A stretch of 57,072 bases of DNA from Candidatus Omnitrophota bacterium (GCA_016201795.1 JACQCF010000022.1:1-57072); one strand, 5' to 3'; positions 1-9,200 are shown, counted from the first letter of the stretch. A program made the numbers and translations. Notes: generated by a model not told the origin, from the sequence alone.

Positions 1-18
1 ACGAGAGATTTGATTCAT
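1..18 (-). CDS. 5' end of a gene running off the left edge (MNQISR...)
   Basis: Minus-strand ATG at 18-16 with a GGAGG Shine-Dalgarno just upstream (rc of cctcc); only 6 codons visible. Confidence 0.35.
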
Positions 19-164
19 AGTTTTATGCCTCCATTAAAAATAGAATAATCGTTTCTTTGAGGGGAGGCAAGTTCAAAAATCAAAACTCTCTGTAAACACA
101 GAAGATAAGAAGATTAAAAGCTAAAAGTTTTGACAAAAAGGTAACAATACTAAGGAGGAAGGAT

Positions 165-989
165 ATGAAGAATAATATTTTAGTGATTACATGGGTTATG
201 CTGGTAGGTCTTTTATCAGGGCTGGCCCTTTTGGTGGGTATAAATACTACCGTCGGGACGGCCATGACACCACTGATGAGCCGATTAAATCAAATTGAAA
301 TGAATCAAAGAATGATTGCCCAGAAAGTAAACCTGGTGAGAGCTAATACCGAGGTTTTAACTCGATTATCCGCCATTGAAAATCAATTAGCTTCTTTGCA
401 GAATAAAGCATCTGCCGGCGCGCCGGCATTTGCACCGCTGCAACCGCCGCCGGAGGATTTTGATAAAGTTTACGCGATTAATATCGGCTCCTCACCAGTT
501 AACGGCAAGAAAAACGCGCCGGTAACCATTGTAGAGTTCTCGGATTTGCAATGCCCTTTTTGCGCGCGTTTTCATCCGTCGGTCAAGGAAACGTTGAGCG
601 CCTATCCGGATAAGGTGAAACTGGTTATGAAGAATTTTCCTTTGAGTTTTCATCCCAACGCCCGTCCGGCGGCGAAGCTGGCCTTAGCCGCCCATGAACA
701 GGGCAAGTATTATGAGATGGTGGATTTGCTTTTGCAGAATAGGGCGGATGTCTCTGAAGCTAAAGTCAAAGAGTATGCCGGGGGGCTTCATCTTAATTAT
801 GATAAACTCATGAATGACCTGCGAAGCAAAGACGCCGAGTATGAAAGGCGCATCAGTGATGATTTGGCTTTAGGCGATTCCGTGGACGTGCGCGGCACAC
901 CGACGTTTTTTATCAACGGCAAAAAGACCGTGGCCCGCGATTTCAACAACTTCAAAGCTGAAATCGATAAGATTCTAGCCGGCAAATAA
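165..989 (+). CDS. DsbA-family thioredoxin-fold protein with N-terminal membrane anchor and coiled coil
   Basis: EFSDLQCPFC (CxxC) and GTPTFFING motifs; hydrophobic N-terminus; AAGGAGG RBS. Confidence 0.9.
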   Translation: MKNNILVITWVMLVGLLSGLALLVGINTTVGTAMTPLMSRLNQIEMNQRMIAQKVNLVRANTEVLTRLSAIENQLASLQNKASAGAPAFAPLQPPPEDFDKVYAINIGSSPVNGKKNAPVTIVEFSDLQCPFCARFHPSVKETLSAYPDKVKLVMKNFPLSFHPNARPAAKLALAAHEQGKYYEMVDLLLQNRADVSEAKVKEYAGGLHLNYDKLMNDLRSKDAEYERRISDDLALGDSVDVRGTPTFFINGKKTVARDFNNFKAEIDKILAGK

Positions 990-1058
990 TTTCCCTTGGA
1001 AAAAAAAAGGTTTTATTGTATATTATGACCTCTTTAATTCATTCTTTAGGAGGCTCCT

Positions 1059-1307
1059 ATGGGTGGCCGTGTCGGCGGTATTACAAGCAAATATTACTGG
1101 GAAACCCGCGGTATCAAAGTCTCCGGCGGCCAGAGAGTCAAAGCAGGCGCCATCTTAACCCGTCAGGGACAGCAATGGAAACCGGGCCTTAACGTGATCG
1201 GCCGCAATTCCTTAACGGCAGCCATCGACGGTGAAGTCTACTTTACCCGTAAGAAAAACAGCTATAACCGGATTGTCACTTTCGTTAATATCAAACCTTC
1301 TGCTTAG
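1059..1307 (+). CDS. rpmA: Divergent ribosomal protein bL27-like protein
   Basis: RGIKVSGGQRVKAGAILTRQ...WKPGLNV...LTAAIDGEVYF aligns with the bL27 core; strong AGGAGG RBS; N-terminus non-canonical. Confidence 0.75.
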   Translation: MGGRVGGITSKYYWETRGIKVSGGQRVKAGAILTRQGQQWKPGLNVIGRNSLTAAIDGEVYFTRKKNSYNRIVTFVNIKPSA

Positions 1308-1358
1308 ACAAGAGACAAACGACTGTCTTTGGTCTTTAGTCCTTGGTCTTCGGTCCAA
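1306..1358. repeat. Degenerate 7-bp tandem repeats in inverted arrangement
   Basis: agacaag agacaaa followed by tgtcttt ggtcttt agtcctt ggtcttc ggtccaa. Confidence 0.7.
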
Positions 1359-1360
1359 TT

Positions 1361-3211
1361 ATGTGCGGCATCATCGGTTACGTTGGCACTCGGGACGCCA
1401 GCCCCATTCTCATCGAGAGTCTTAAAAAACTTGAATACCGCGGTTACGACTCCAGCGGCATCGGTCTTTTGGACCATCAATCTCATCTGATTGTCCGTAA
1501 ATCCAAAGGCAAAATTAAAAATTTAGAAGAGCTGCTGCGCGCCCGGCCTCTACCGTTTTCAAATATTGGCATTTCTCATACCCGCTGGGCCACCCACGGA
1601 CTGCCTTGCGATGAAAATGCCCATCCGCATACCGACAGCGCCCATCATATCGCCGTGGTGCACAACGGCATTATCGAAAACTACGCCGAACTTAGAGAAA
1701 AGCTTAAAAAGCAGGGCTGCCGTTTCCTCTCGCAGACAGACACCGAGGTGATCGCGCATTTGATTTCCGTTTTGTATAAAGGCGATTTGAAACTAGCGGT
1801 GCAGAAGGCGATGGCCCGGCTGAAAGGCGCTTTTGCCATCGGGGTCATTAGCAAAGACCATCCGGATATGCTCATCGCCGCGCGCGTGGGCTCACCTTTG
1901 ATTATCGGGCTGGGTGACAAAGAAAATTACATTGCCTCCGATGTCCCGGCGATTTTGGACCGCACCCGTCGGGTGATTTATCTTAAAGACGGGCAAATGG
2001 CTGTTTTGAGTAAAGGGAGGGTGGAGGTTTTTACGTTCGACGGTAAGAAGGTGAGATTGAAGGTTGATACGGTTTCTTTTACCGTCGGCTCCGCGCAAAA
2101 AGAGGGCTATGATCATTTCATGCTTAAAGAAATTCACGAACAGCCCGCCGTGATTGCGGCGATGCTCAAAACCTGCCTGCCGGCAGGCAGGGCCGCCCAT
2201 CAAAGCGGCAAACTCAAATTAGAAGGCCTGACAATTTCCGATAAAGCTTTAGCTTCCATAAAGAAGATTACGGTGGTTGCTTGCGGTACTGCGTATCACG
2301 CGGGTCTGGTCGGTAAATATGTCCTTGAGGCTTTGGCGCGTTTAAGCGTTGAGGTCGATACCTCCAGCGAGTTTCGTTACCGCAACGCGATCATCGACAA
2401 ACACACCCTGATGGTAGCGGTCAGCCAGTCGGGCGAGACGGCCGATACCTTAGCCGCGGTGCGCGAGGCCAGGGCCAAGGGCGCTAAAGTTATTTCTATT
2501 TGCAATGTCATCGGCTCATCTTTAACCCGAGAATCCGACGGGGTTTTGTACACGCATGCCGGCCCGGAAATCGGGGTGGCCTCCACAAAAGCTTACACGG
2601 CACAACTAATGATGTTTTATTTGCTGAGTTTGAAGCTGGCTCAGGTACGTCATAGCGTACCTGTGCGTCAACAGAGGAAACTGATCAAAGATTTGCAGAG
2701 CATCCCTAAACTTTACAGAGAGGTTTTGAAGACAAAGACGACGATAGTCAAAATTGCCCAGGCCAATTCCCATTTTGGCTGTTTTCTTTATCTGGGCCGC
2801 AATATCAATTATCCAACCGCCCTCGAGGGGGCTTTGAAACTTAAAGAAATTTCTTATATTCCCGCCGAGGGTTATGCCGCCGGAGAAATGAAACACGGGC
2901 CCATTGCGCTCATTGACGAATACCGCGCCGTTATCTGCATCGCGGTGCGCTCGCACGTGTATGAGAAGATGATTTCCAATATTCAAGAAATCCGTGCGCG
3001 CAAAGGTAATGTGATTGTCGTGGCCACCCGGGGCGACCGCCAAATCGCGCCTCATGCGGATTACGTAATTGAAGTTCCCTTCGTCGATGAATTGTTATCG
3101 CCGCTTCTGACGGTGATTCCGCTGCAGCTCATCGCTTATTACATCGCGGTCAAGCGCGGCAATGATGTGGACCAGCCGCGCAACTTGGCTAAGTCGGTAA
3201 CGGTCGAATGA
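1361..3211 (+). CDS. glmS: Glutamine--fructose-6-phosphate aminotransferase (isomerizing)
   Basis: N-terminal MCGIIG (catalytic Cys after Met removal), HTRWATHG, SQSGET, C-terminal PRNLAKSVTVE; true start is ATG 1361. Confidence 0.97.
   Translation: MCGIIGYVGTRDASPILIESLKKLEYRGYDSSGIGLLDHQSHLIVRKSKGKIKNLEELLRARPLPFSNIGISHTRWATHGLPCDENAHPHTDSAHHIAVVHNGIIENYAELREKLKKQGCRFLSQTDTEVIAHLISVLYKGDLKLAVQKAMARLKGAFAIGVISKDHPDMLIAARVGSPLIIGLGDKENYIASDVPAILDRTRRVIYLKDGQMAVLSKGRVEVFTFDGKKVRLKVDTVSFTVGSAQKEGYDHFMLKEIHEQPAVIAAMLKTCLPAGRAAHQSGKLKLEGLTISDKALASIKKITVVACGTAYHAGLVGKYVLEALARLSVEVDTSSEFRYRNAIIDKHTLMVAVSQSGETADTLAAVREARAKGAKVISICNVIGSSLTRESDGVLYTHAGPEIGVASTKAYTAQLMMFYLLSLKLAQVRHSVPVRQQRKLIKDLQSIPKLYREVLKTKTTIVKIAQANSHFGCFLYLGRNINYPTALEGALKLKEISYIPAEGYAAGEMKHGPIALIDEYRAVICIAVRSHVYEKMISNIQEIRARKGNVIVVATRGDRQIAPHADYVIEVPFVDELLSPLLTVIPLQLIAYYIAVKRGNDVDQPRNLAKSVTVE
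2172..2191. repeat. Perfect 20-bp palindrome inside glmS
   Basis: cctgcctgcc|ggcaggcagg, read in frame as (T)CLPAGR. Confidence 0.85.
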
Positions 3212-3879
3212 TGTTATACGTTGTCTCCACCCCGATAGGCAATCTCAAAGATATCACCTTGCGGGCCCTCCAGACGCTTAAATCCGTTGATCTCATTGCT
3301 ACCGAAGACACACGCCACACCAAAATCCTTCTAGATCATTATGGCATTCAAAAGCCACTGACGAGCTTTTTTGACCACAATCAAAGCCTCAAGGGGCAAT
3401 ATCTTTTGGGGCTTCTTAAAGAAGGCAAATCTGTGGCCCTTGTCAGCGATGCAGGTACCCCAGGCATTTCGGACCCAGGTTATTCATTGATTCAATTAGC
3501 TTATGATCATCATGTACCGGTGACGGTTATCCCCGGGGTGACAGCCTTGATTACAGCGCTGACGCTATCAGGTCTGCCGGCGCATCGGTTTATCTTCGAG
3601 GGATTTCTGCCGCCTAAAACCGTTGGCCGTCGCAAAAAGCTTCAAAGCTTGAAACAAGAAGAGGGCACCGTAATTTTTTACGAGTCTCCCCATAGACTTC
3701 TCAAGACCTTGGAAGATATCAAGCAGGAGCTGTCTGATCCTTGCCTGGTTGTTGCTCGAGAGCTGACCAAGAAGTTTGAAGAAGTCAAAAAAGGCAGGGC
3801 CTCGGATTTGATGGCGCATTTTAGCGCTCATCCGCCCAAGGGTGAGTTTGTGCTTTTGATAAACTTGACATCGGAGTAA
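3208..3879 (+). CDS. rsmI: 16S rRNA C1402 2'-O-methyltransferase
   Basis: LYVVSTPIGNLKDIT, VSDAGTPGISDPG, YESPHR, ARELTK motifs. Confidence 0.95.
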   Translation: MMLYVVSTPIGNLKDITLRALQTLKSVDLIATEDTRHTKILLDHYGIQKPLTSFFDHNQSLKGQYLLGLLKEGKSVALVSDAGTPGISDPGYSLIQLAYDHHVPVTVIPGVTALITALTLSGLPAHRFIFEGFLPPKTVGRRKKLQSLKQEEGTVIFYESPHRLLKTLEDIKQELSDPCLVVARELTKKFEEVKKGRASDLMAHFSAHPPKGEFVLLINLTSE

Positions 3880-3893
3880 TAAGATGTTATATT
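3865..3893 (+). promoter_or_regulatory. Sigma70-type promoter of the pyr leader
   Basis: TTGACA (3865-3870), 17 nt spacer, TG-n-TATATT (3888-3893). Confidence 0.75.
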
Positions 3894-3916
3894 TGCATGA
3901 GTCGAAAGCAACAGTA

Positions 3917-3950
3917 TCTTTTAATTCGGTCCCGTGAGGCCGAGAAGGAT
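3917..3950 (+). promoter_or_regulatory. PyrR binding loop RNA
   Basis: tcttttaattcggtcccgtgaggccgagaagga closely follows the PyrR binding loop consensus (CUUUAA...GUCC-n-GnGAGG...GAGAAG) directly upstream of pyrR. Confidence 0.85.
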
Positions 3951-3976
3951 TCAACTGAATATAAAAAACACTAAAA

Positions 3977-4010
3977 CCCGGTTTCTTCGCGAAAGGATCC
4001 GGGATTTTTT
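3977..4010 (+). terminator. Attenuator terminator of the pyr leader
   Basis: CCCGG...CCGGG stem with inner pairing, followed by A-TTTTTT immediately before the pyrR ATG. Confidence 0.75.
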
Positions 4011-4553
4011 ATGCCTATGAAAAATAAAATCATGGATCATGAAAGCATTCGGCGGGCTATCCAACGCATGGCCCACGAAATTCTTGAAAAGAGCGGGGAA
4101 GAACCTTTGGCCTTAATTGGAATTCGCACCCGCGGGGTGGTTTTGGCTGAGCGTTTAAAGAAAGCCATCAAAGACATTGAAGGCATGGACGTTCCCATGG
4201 GGGTATTGGACATCACCCTTTACCGTGATGATTTAACCTTAGTCGGTGCCAAACCCCTGGTGCGCCAAACGCAGATTGACTTTGATATTACGGATAAACG
4301 TATTGTGCTCGTCGATGACGTGTTCTTTACTGGACGTACCATTCGTGCGGCGCTGGATGCCTTAACGGATTTTGGCCGGCCCGCCAAGATTGAACTGGCG
4401 GTCTTGGTCGACCGCGGCCACCGTGAGCTTCCTATCCGCGCGGATTTTGTGGGTAAGAATGTCCCTACCGCCAAGCATCAAAACGTGAACGTCTTAATGC
4501 AGGAGACGGATAACACCCAAGATGAGGTTATCATCGAGGAGAAAAACGCATGA
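4011..4553 (+). CDS. pyrR: Bifunctional pyr operon regulator / uracil phosphoribosyltransferase
   Basis: [46 protein letters not shown]. Confidence 0.96.
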   Translation: MPMKNKIMDHESIRRAIQRMAHEILEKSGEEPLALIGIRTRGVVLAERLKKAIKDIEGMDVPMGVLDITLYRDDLTLVGAKPLVRQTQIDFDITDKRIVLVDDVFFTGRTIRAALDALTDFGRPAKIELAVLVDRGHRELPIRADFVGKNVPTAKHQNVNVLMQETDNTQDEVIIEEKNA

Positions 4554-5479
4554 CGAGCTGGAAACGTAAACATCTCTTAGGTTTGGATGAGCTCTCCAAA
4601 GAAGAAATCGAACTGATTTTGGAGACGGCTTCTTCGTTTAAGGAGGTTTCTTTCCGCGACATTAAAAAAGTGCCGGCCCTGCGCGGTAAAACGGTCGTCA
4701 CGCTCTTTTTTGAACCGTCGACTAGAACGCGCATTTCCTTTGAACTGGCGGCCAAGCGTCTCTCCGCGGATACGCTCAATATCGCCGTTCAGGCCTCTTC
4801 GACGACCAAAGGCGAGACGCTTCTTGATACGGCTAAAAATATCGAGGCCATGAATGTGGATGCCATGGTGGTGCGCCACAGTTTATCAGGGGCTCCTTTT
4901 ATCCTGGCCCAGGGACTTCAATGTTCGGTCATCAATGCCGGCGACGGGTGCCGGGAACATCCGACCCAGGCGCTGTTGGATATGTTTACCTTGAAGGAAA
5001 AGCTTGGACACATTGAGGGCTTGAAGGTTGCTCTCGTCGGAGACATTTTGCACTCCCGGGTGGCGCGTTCTAACATCTGGGGGTTGACCAAATTGGGAGC
5101 GAAGGTGACGGTCTGCGGCCCGGCGACTCTGATGCCGCGCGGCATTGAAAGCATGGGCGTTAAGATCAACTATGATTTAAAAGAGGTTCTACGCAATTCT
5201 GATGCCGTCATCGCACTTCGTCTTCAGAAAGAACGCCAGCAGGATAAATTTTTGCCCAGCCTGCGCGAATACTCGAGGCTGTTTGGAATCAATCAAGCCA
5301 AACTTCAAGAGGCCACCTCCCATTTGATTGTCATGCATCCGGGGCCCACCAACCGCGGGGTGGAGCTCTCTGCTGAAGTGGCCGACGGTAAACAATCGGT
5401 CATTTTGGATCAGGTCACCAACGGGGTGGCCGTGCGCATGGCGGTGTTATATTTGGTTTTAGGTGCTAAGGGAGAGTAA
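4550..5479 (+). CDS. pyrB: Aspartate carbamoyltransferase catalytic subunit
   Basis: [29 protein letters not shown]. Confidence 0.97.
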   Translation: MTSWKRKHLLGLDELSKEEIELILETASSFKEVSFRDIKKVPALRGKTVVTLFFEPSTRTRISFELAAKRLSADTLNIAVQASSTTKGETLLDTAKNIEAMNVDAMVVRHSLSGAPFILAQGLQCSVINAGDGCREHPTQALLDMFTLKEKLGHIEGLKVALVGDILHSRVARSNIWGLTKLGAKVTVCGPATLMPRGIESMGVKINYDLKEVLRNSDAVIALRLQKERQQDKFLPSLREYSRLFGINQAKLQEATSHLIVMHPGPTNRGVELSAEVADGKQSVILDQVTNGVAVRMAVLYLVLGAKGE

Positions 5480-5489
5480 AAAATCCTTC

Positions 5490-5570
5490 GTGTCATTGCG
5501 AAGGAGCGAAAGCGACTGAAGCAATCCTTTAAAAGATTGCTTCGCTCCCTACGGTCGCTCGCAATGACAC
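5490..5570. repeat. Palindromic MITE/RPE-like element, copy 1 (intergenic)
   Basis: 12-bp terminal inverted repeat gtgtcattgcga/tcgcaatgacac and inner gaagcaatc/gattgcttc stem. Confidence 0.9.
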
Positions 5571-5588
5571 ACAACGTAAGGAAAATTT

Positions 5589-6866
5589 ATGGGACTACTC
5601 ATTAAGAACGCCACAATTGTCAATGCGGATAAAATAGGGGAGAAACCCCAAGACATTCTTTGCCAGGACGGCAAGATCATCAAGATTTCTCCGTCGATTA
5701 ATGCCGGTAGCCACGAAGTTGTTGATGCCAAAGGCAAAAAGGTTTTGCCGGGACTTATCGACATTCACGTGCATTTGCGCCAGCCCGGCCACGAGGATAA
5801 AGAAACTATTGAAACCGGATCCATGGCCGCGGTGAAAGGCGGGTTTACCACCATCATGTGCATGCCCAACACTCATCCGGTGATCGATAACCCGATGAGT
5901 GTCGAATACATTATCCGCGAGGCCAAGCGCGTAGGCTTATGTAACGTGTATCCGATGGGGGCGATCACCAAGGCCCAAAAGGATGAGGAATTAACCGATA
6001 TGGCGGAGCTTAAAAGCGCCGGCTGCATGGCTTTCTCCGACGACGGAAAAGCGGTGCTCAACAGCCGTCTGTTTCGACTGGCCATGGAATACGCCAAGAT
6101 GCTGGATGTTCTTATTATCGAGCATTGTCAGGACCCGTTGCTGACGGCCGGCGGGGTGATGAATGAAGGGGCCGTATCGACCCGTATCGGTTTAAAAGGC
6201 GACCCTGGTATCGCCGAGACAGTGACCGTGGCGCGCGATATTGAAATTGCTCATTATCTTAATTCAAAAGTGCATTTAGCGCACATGAGCCTGAAACGTT
6301 CCTGTGAACTTATTCGTTTTGCCAAGTCGCAAGGAGTGAAAGTCACGGCAGAGGCCTGTCCGCATCACTTTGCTTTGACGGATGAGGCGTGCGCCAGCTT
6401 CGATACCTCGACCAAAGTCAATCCGCCTTTGCGCGGCCAAGAAGATGTGGAAGCGATTAAAAAGGCCATTGCCGACGGGACGATCGACTGCATCGTCAGC
6501 GACCATGCCCCGCACACCAAAGAGGATAAGGAGGTCGGTTTTGACGACGCGCCCTTTGGTTTGATAGGCCTTGAGACGTCCTTGGGATTGACCATTAAAG
6601 AATTGGTCAAGCCGGGAATTATTGACTTGACCAAAATGGTGGATAAAATGTCCACGGCCCCGGCGCGCATCGTGGGACTGAAATCCAAAGGCATCATCAA
6701 AGAAGGCTTTGACGCGGATTTGACCATTATCGATGAGAATAAAGAATGGACCGTTAGCCAGGCAGGGTTTGTCTCAAGGTCTAAAAATTCCCCGTTTATC
6801 GGATGGAAGCTTCGCGGGCAGGTGGAATATACTATTTGTGGCGGGAAGGTTGTTTATAAAGTTTAA
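5589..6866 (+). CDS. pyrC: Dihydroorotase
   Basis: DIHVHLRQPG, MPNT, EACPHH, SDHAPH metal-binding motifs. Confidence 0.96.
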   Translation: MGLLIKNATIVNADKIGEKPQDILCQDGKIIKISPSINAGSHEVVDAKGKKVLPGLIDIHVHLRQPGHEDKETIETGSMAAVKGGFTTIMCMPNTHPVIDNPMSVEYIIREAKRVGLCNVYPMGAITKAQKDEELTDMAELKSAGCMAFSDDGKAVLNSRLFRLAMEYAKMLDVLIIEHCQDPLLTAGGVMNEGAVSTRIGLKGDPGIAETVTVARDIEIAHYLNSKVHLAHMSLKRSCELIRFAKSQGVKVTAEACPHHFALTDEACASFDTSTKVNPPLRGQEDVEAIKKAIADGTIDCIVSDHAPHTKEDKEVGFDDAPFGLIGLETSLGLTIKELVKPGIIDLTKMVDKMSTAPARIVGLKSKGIIKEGFDADLTIIDENKEWTVSQAGFVSRSKNSPFIGWKLRGQVEYTICGGKVVYKV

Positions 6867-6867
6867 A

Positions 6868-6939
6868 GCGCCTATAGCCCAATGGATAGGGCAGTAGCCT
6901 CCGGAGCTACGGGTGCAGGTTCGATTCCTGCTAGGCGCA
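6868..6939 (+). tRNA. tRNA-Arg(CCG)
   Basis: Acceptor GCGCCTA/TAGGCGC, anticodon arm GTAGC-CTCCGGA-GCTAC, T arm GCAGG-TTCGATT-CCTGC; no encoded CCA. Confidence 0.95.
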
Positions 6940-6970
6940 TATTAATGTTCTCCCGCTTTTCTGGGATATT

Positions 6971-7033
6971 TTTTATGGTAAGCGGGACCCCGCCTACCAT
7001 AAAAGACTATTAGATTGGCGGGGAACTCCCGCC
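6971..7033. repeat. Two intergenic hairpins after tRNA-Arg
   Basis: ttttatggta/taccataaaa 10-bp stem with inner gcgg/ccgc (6971-7004); ggcggg-gaact-cccgcc (7017-7033). Confidence 0.6.
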
Positions 7034-7059
7034 GGGCGCGTTTTTGAGAGGAGATTATT

Positions 7060-7533
7060 TTGCGTAAACAGAAAATCACCATTTCCGTTATCGGTGGAGG
7101 CAGCATTGGAGCAAAGGTGGAGTCTTTGGCGGAAGAGGTCGGGAAAATGATCGCGGAACTGGGTTGCGTTTTAGTCTGCGGCGGTTTGGGTGGTGCGATG
7201 GAGGCCGCCTCCAGAGGGGCTAAAAAAGCCGGTGGCACTACGATCGGCATTTTGCCTGGAAAAGAAAAAGAGGACGCCAATCCTTACATTGATGTTGCGC
7301 TTCCCACCTCCATCGGCTACGCGCGAAACACTATTGTGTCTTGCTCGGCGGATATTATCATTGCTCTTCCCGGAAGCCATGGCACCAACACGGAAATCTG
7401 TTACGGCCTTATCTATGGCCGGCCGGTTATTGACCTTGGCAACTGGGGCGTTGAAGGCATGACCCCGGCTAAGGATATACAAGAAGCCGAGGGTAAGATT
7501 AAGAAAATTATCAAAAAGTTAATCGAACAATAA
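7060..7533 (+). CDS. TIGR00725-family (LOG-like) Rossmann-fold protein
   Basis: ISVIGG, CGGLGGAMEAASRGAK..GG.TIGILPG, GYARN motifs; TTG start. Confidence 0.85.
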   Translation: MRKQKITISVIGGGSIGAKVESLAEEVGKMIAELGCVLVCGGLGGAMEAASRGAKKAGGTTIGILPGKEKEDANPYIDVALPTSIGYARNTIVSCSADIIIALPGSHGTNTEICYGLIYGRPVIDLGNWGVEGMTPAKDIQEAEGKIKKIIKKLIEQ

Positions 7534-7568
7534 AGGCCAAAGGCTAAAAACCATAGACCAAAGACCAC
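7534..7568 (+). repeat. Five degenerate 7-bp tandem repeats
   Basis: aggccaa aggctaa aaaccat agaccaa agaccac. Confidence 0.7.
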
Positions 7569-7574
7569 CCACCC

Positions 7575-8381
7575 ATGCCAGAACTACCCGAAGTTGAAAC
7601 GATCAAACATGATTTAGAAAATTTAATCCTTCATAAAACCTTCCGACATATCGAAGTCCGCGATTCTTTTGTTCTACGTTGTTCCTTAAAAAAATTTATC
7701 CGTCATCTTAAAGGTCAGACTATCAAAGGCATTATCCGTCGGGGCAAAGCGCTGTTAATGTCATTGTCCAATGGCAGGCACCTGGTTGTACAGCTGATGA
7801 TGACCGGCCAGTTGATTGCGGATGGAAAACCAGATAAACACACGCGTGTTGTCTTTGAGTTTACCGACGGGGATGTACTTTTATATAATGATCAGCGCCG
7901 TTTCGGTCAGCTGCGTATCGTCAAAGACCTTAGGCAGATTAAATATTTCAATATCCTGGGGCCTGAGCCGTTTGATCAAAATTTTAATCCGGATTATATC
8001 CGGCAATGTTGCCGCGACCGCCGCCGTCCCGTGAAAAATCTTTTGCTGGACCATACCTTTGTCGCCGGTATCGGCAATATCTATGCCTGCGAGATTCTTT
8101 TTCGCTGCGGCATCAATCCCAAGCGGTTGGTCGGACGTATCAAAGCTCATCAGGCCAAAGATCTTTATGAGAAAACCCTGGAGGTTTTGCAAGAAGCCAT
8201 TGATTACCGCGGCTCTTCCATGCGCAATTACCGTGATGCCTCCGGTCAAAAGGGAGAGTTTAACCGTCGTATTCGAGTTTACGCTAGAGAAGGCCGGGCC
8301 TGTTCTGGTTGTCAGAGCCCTATTAAGCGCATTATTCAGGCGGGCCGAAGCACGTTTTTTTGTCCGAAGTGTCAAAAATAG
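7575..8381 (+). CDS. mutM: Formamidopyrimidine-DNA glycosylase
   Basis: N-terminal MPELPEVE, RRGK, GIGNIYACE, C-terminal zinc finger C..C...GRSTFFCPKCQ. Confidence 0.95.
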   Translation: MPELPEVETIKHDLENLILHKTFRHIEVRDSFVLRCSLKKFIRHLKGQTIKGIIRRGKALLMSLSNGRHLVVQLMMTGQLIADGKPDKHTRVVFEFTDGDVLLYNDQRRFGQLRIVKDLRQIKYFNILGPEPFDQNFNPDYIRQCCRDRRRPVKNLLLDHTFVAGIGNIYACEILFRCGINPKRLVGRIKAHQAKDLYEKTLEVLQEAIDYRGSSMRNYRDASGQKGEFNRRIRVYAREGRACSGCQSPIKRIIQAGRSTFFCPKCQK

Positions 8382-8419
8382 AATTATTAAGAGCTTTATG
8401 TTATACTTGGGCCCTAGAT

Positions 8420-9193
8420 ATGGATCAAATTCAAAATACTTACCGTGTCATCAGTAATGAAAAGCTTTGTCCGCAGTTTTGGCGGCTGAGCTTTGAGGCG
8501 CCGGCGTTGGCCAGGGAAATCCAGCCCGGGCAGTTTGTGCATATCCGTGCTGGCGAGACTTTAGAGCCGTTTTTCCGTCGACCATTTAGCGTTTATCGGG
8601 CCCAAAGATATGTGGAAATTGTGTATGAACCCATTGGTCTGGGCACACGATTGCTGGCGGCCAAACAAAAAAATGATACCATCGATGTTTTAGGGCCTCT
8701 GGGCACGCCGTTTGTCCTGCCGCCGGCGGGGATAAAACAAGTGGCCATGATTGCCGGTGGTATCGGCATTGCGCCGATGCTGATTTTGTCGGATATTTTA
8801 AAGAAGAAAAAATACGAGATGCTTTTGCTTTACGGCGGGCGCACCCGCGGGCATGTCTACCCGATGAAGGAATTCAAGGATAACGGGGTCAAGGTTTATA
8901 TCGCCACCGACGACGGAAGCGCTGGCGTCAAAGGCCGCGTGAGTGTTTTGTTTGATAAAATCAGTCGTGATTCGTCGACGACATTTATTTATACCTGTGG
9001 GCCTTCGGTCATGATGAAGGCGGTGCAGGATTTTGCCGTTAAACATCAGCTTAAAGGCCAGGCCGCGTGCGAGGAAGTGATGGCCTGCGCTTTAGGGGCA
9101 TGTTTGGGCTGTTCCATTCAAACCAAGCACGGCTATAAAACGGTCTGTTACGACGGGCCGGCGTTTGATTTGGAAGACGTGATATTTCATTAA
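8420..9193 (+). CDS. pyrK: Dihydroorotate dehydrogenase electron transfer subunit
   Basis: PGQF, RRPFS, GPLG, AGGIGIAP, TDDGS, CGP, EEVMACALGACLGC...C 2Fe-2S motif; probable start ATG 8420. Confidence 0.93.
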   Translation: MDQIQNTYRVISNEKLCPQFWRLSFEAPALAREIQPGQFVHIRAGETLEPFFRRPFSVYRAQRYVEIVYEPIGLGTRLLAAKQKNDTIDVLGPLGTPFVLPPAGIKQVAMIAGGIGIAPMLILSDILKKKKYEMLLLYGGRTRGHVYPMKEFKDNGVKVYIATDDGSAGVKGRVSVLFDKISRDSSTTFIYTCGPSVMMKAVQDFAVKHQLKGQAACEEVMACALGACLGCSIQTKHGYKTVCYDGPAFDLEDVIFH

Positions 9194-9200
9194 GTATGCG

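Noticed and set aside
413-428. Perfect 16-bp palindrome tgccggcgcgccggca in the DsbA linker
   Set aside because: Different core from the other micro-palindromes, no flanking direct repeat, and explainable by Ala-Gly-Ala-Pro-Ala codons
1308-1360. Possible glmS ribozyme upstream of glmS
   Set aside because: Only about 53 nt available and it is filled by heptamer repeats; no ribozyme core recognisable
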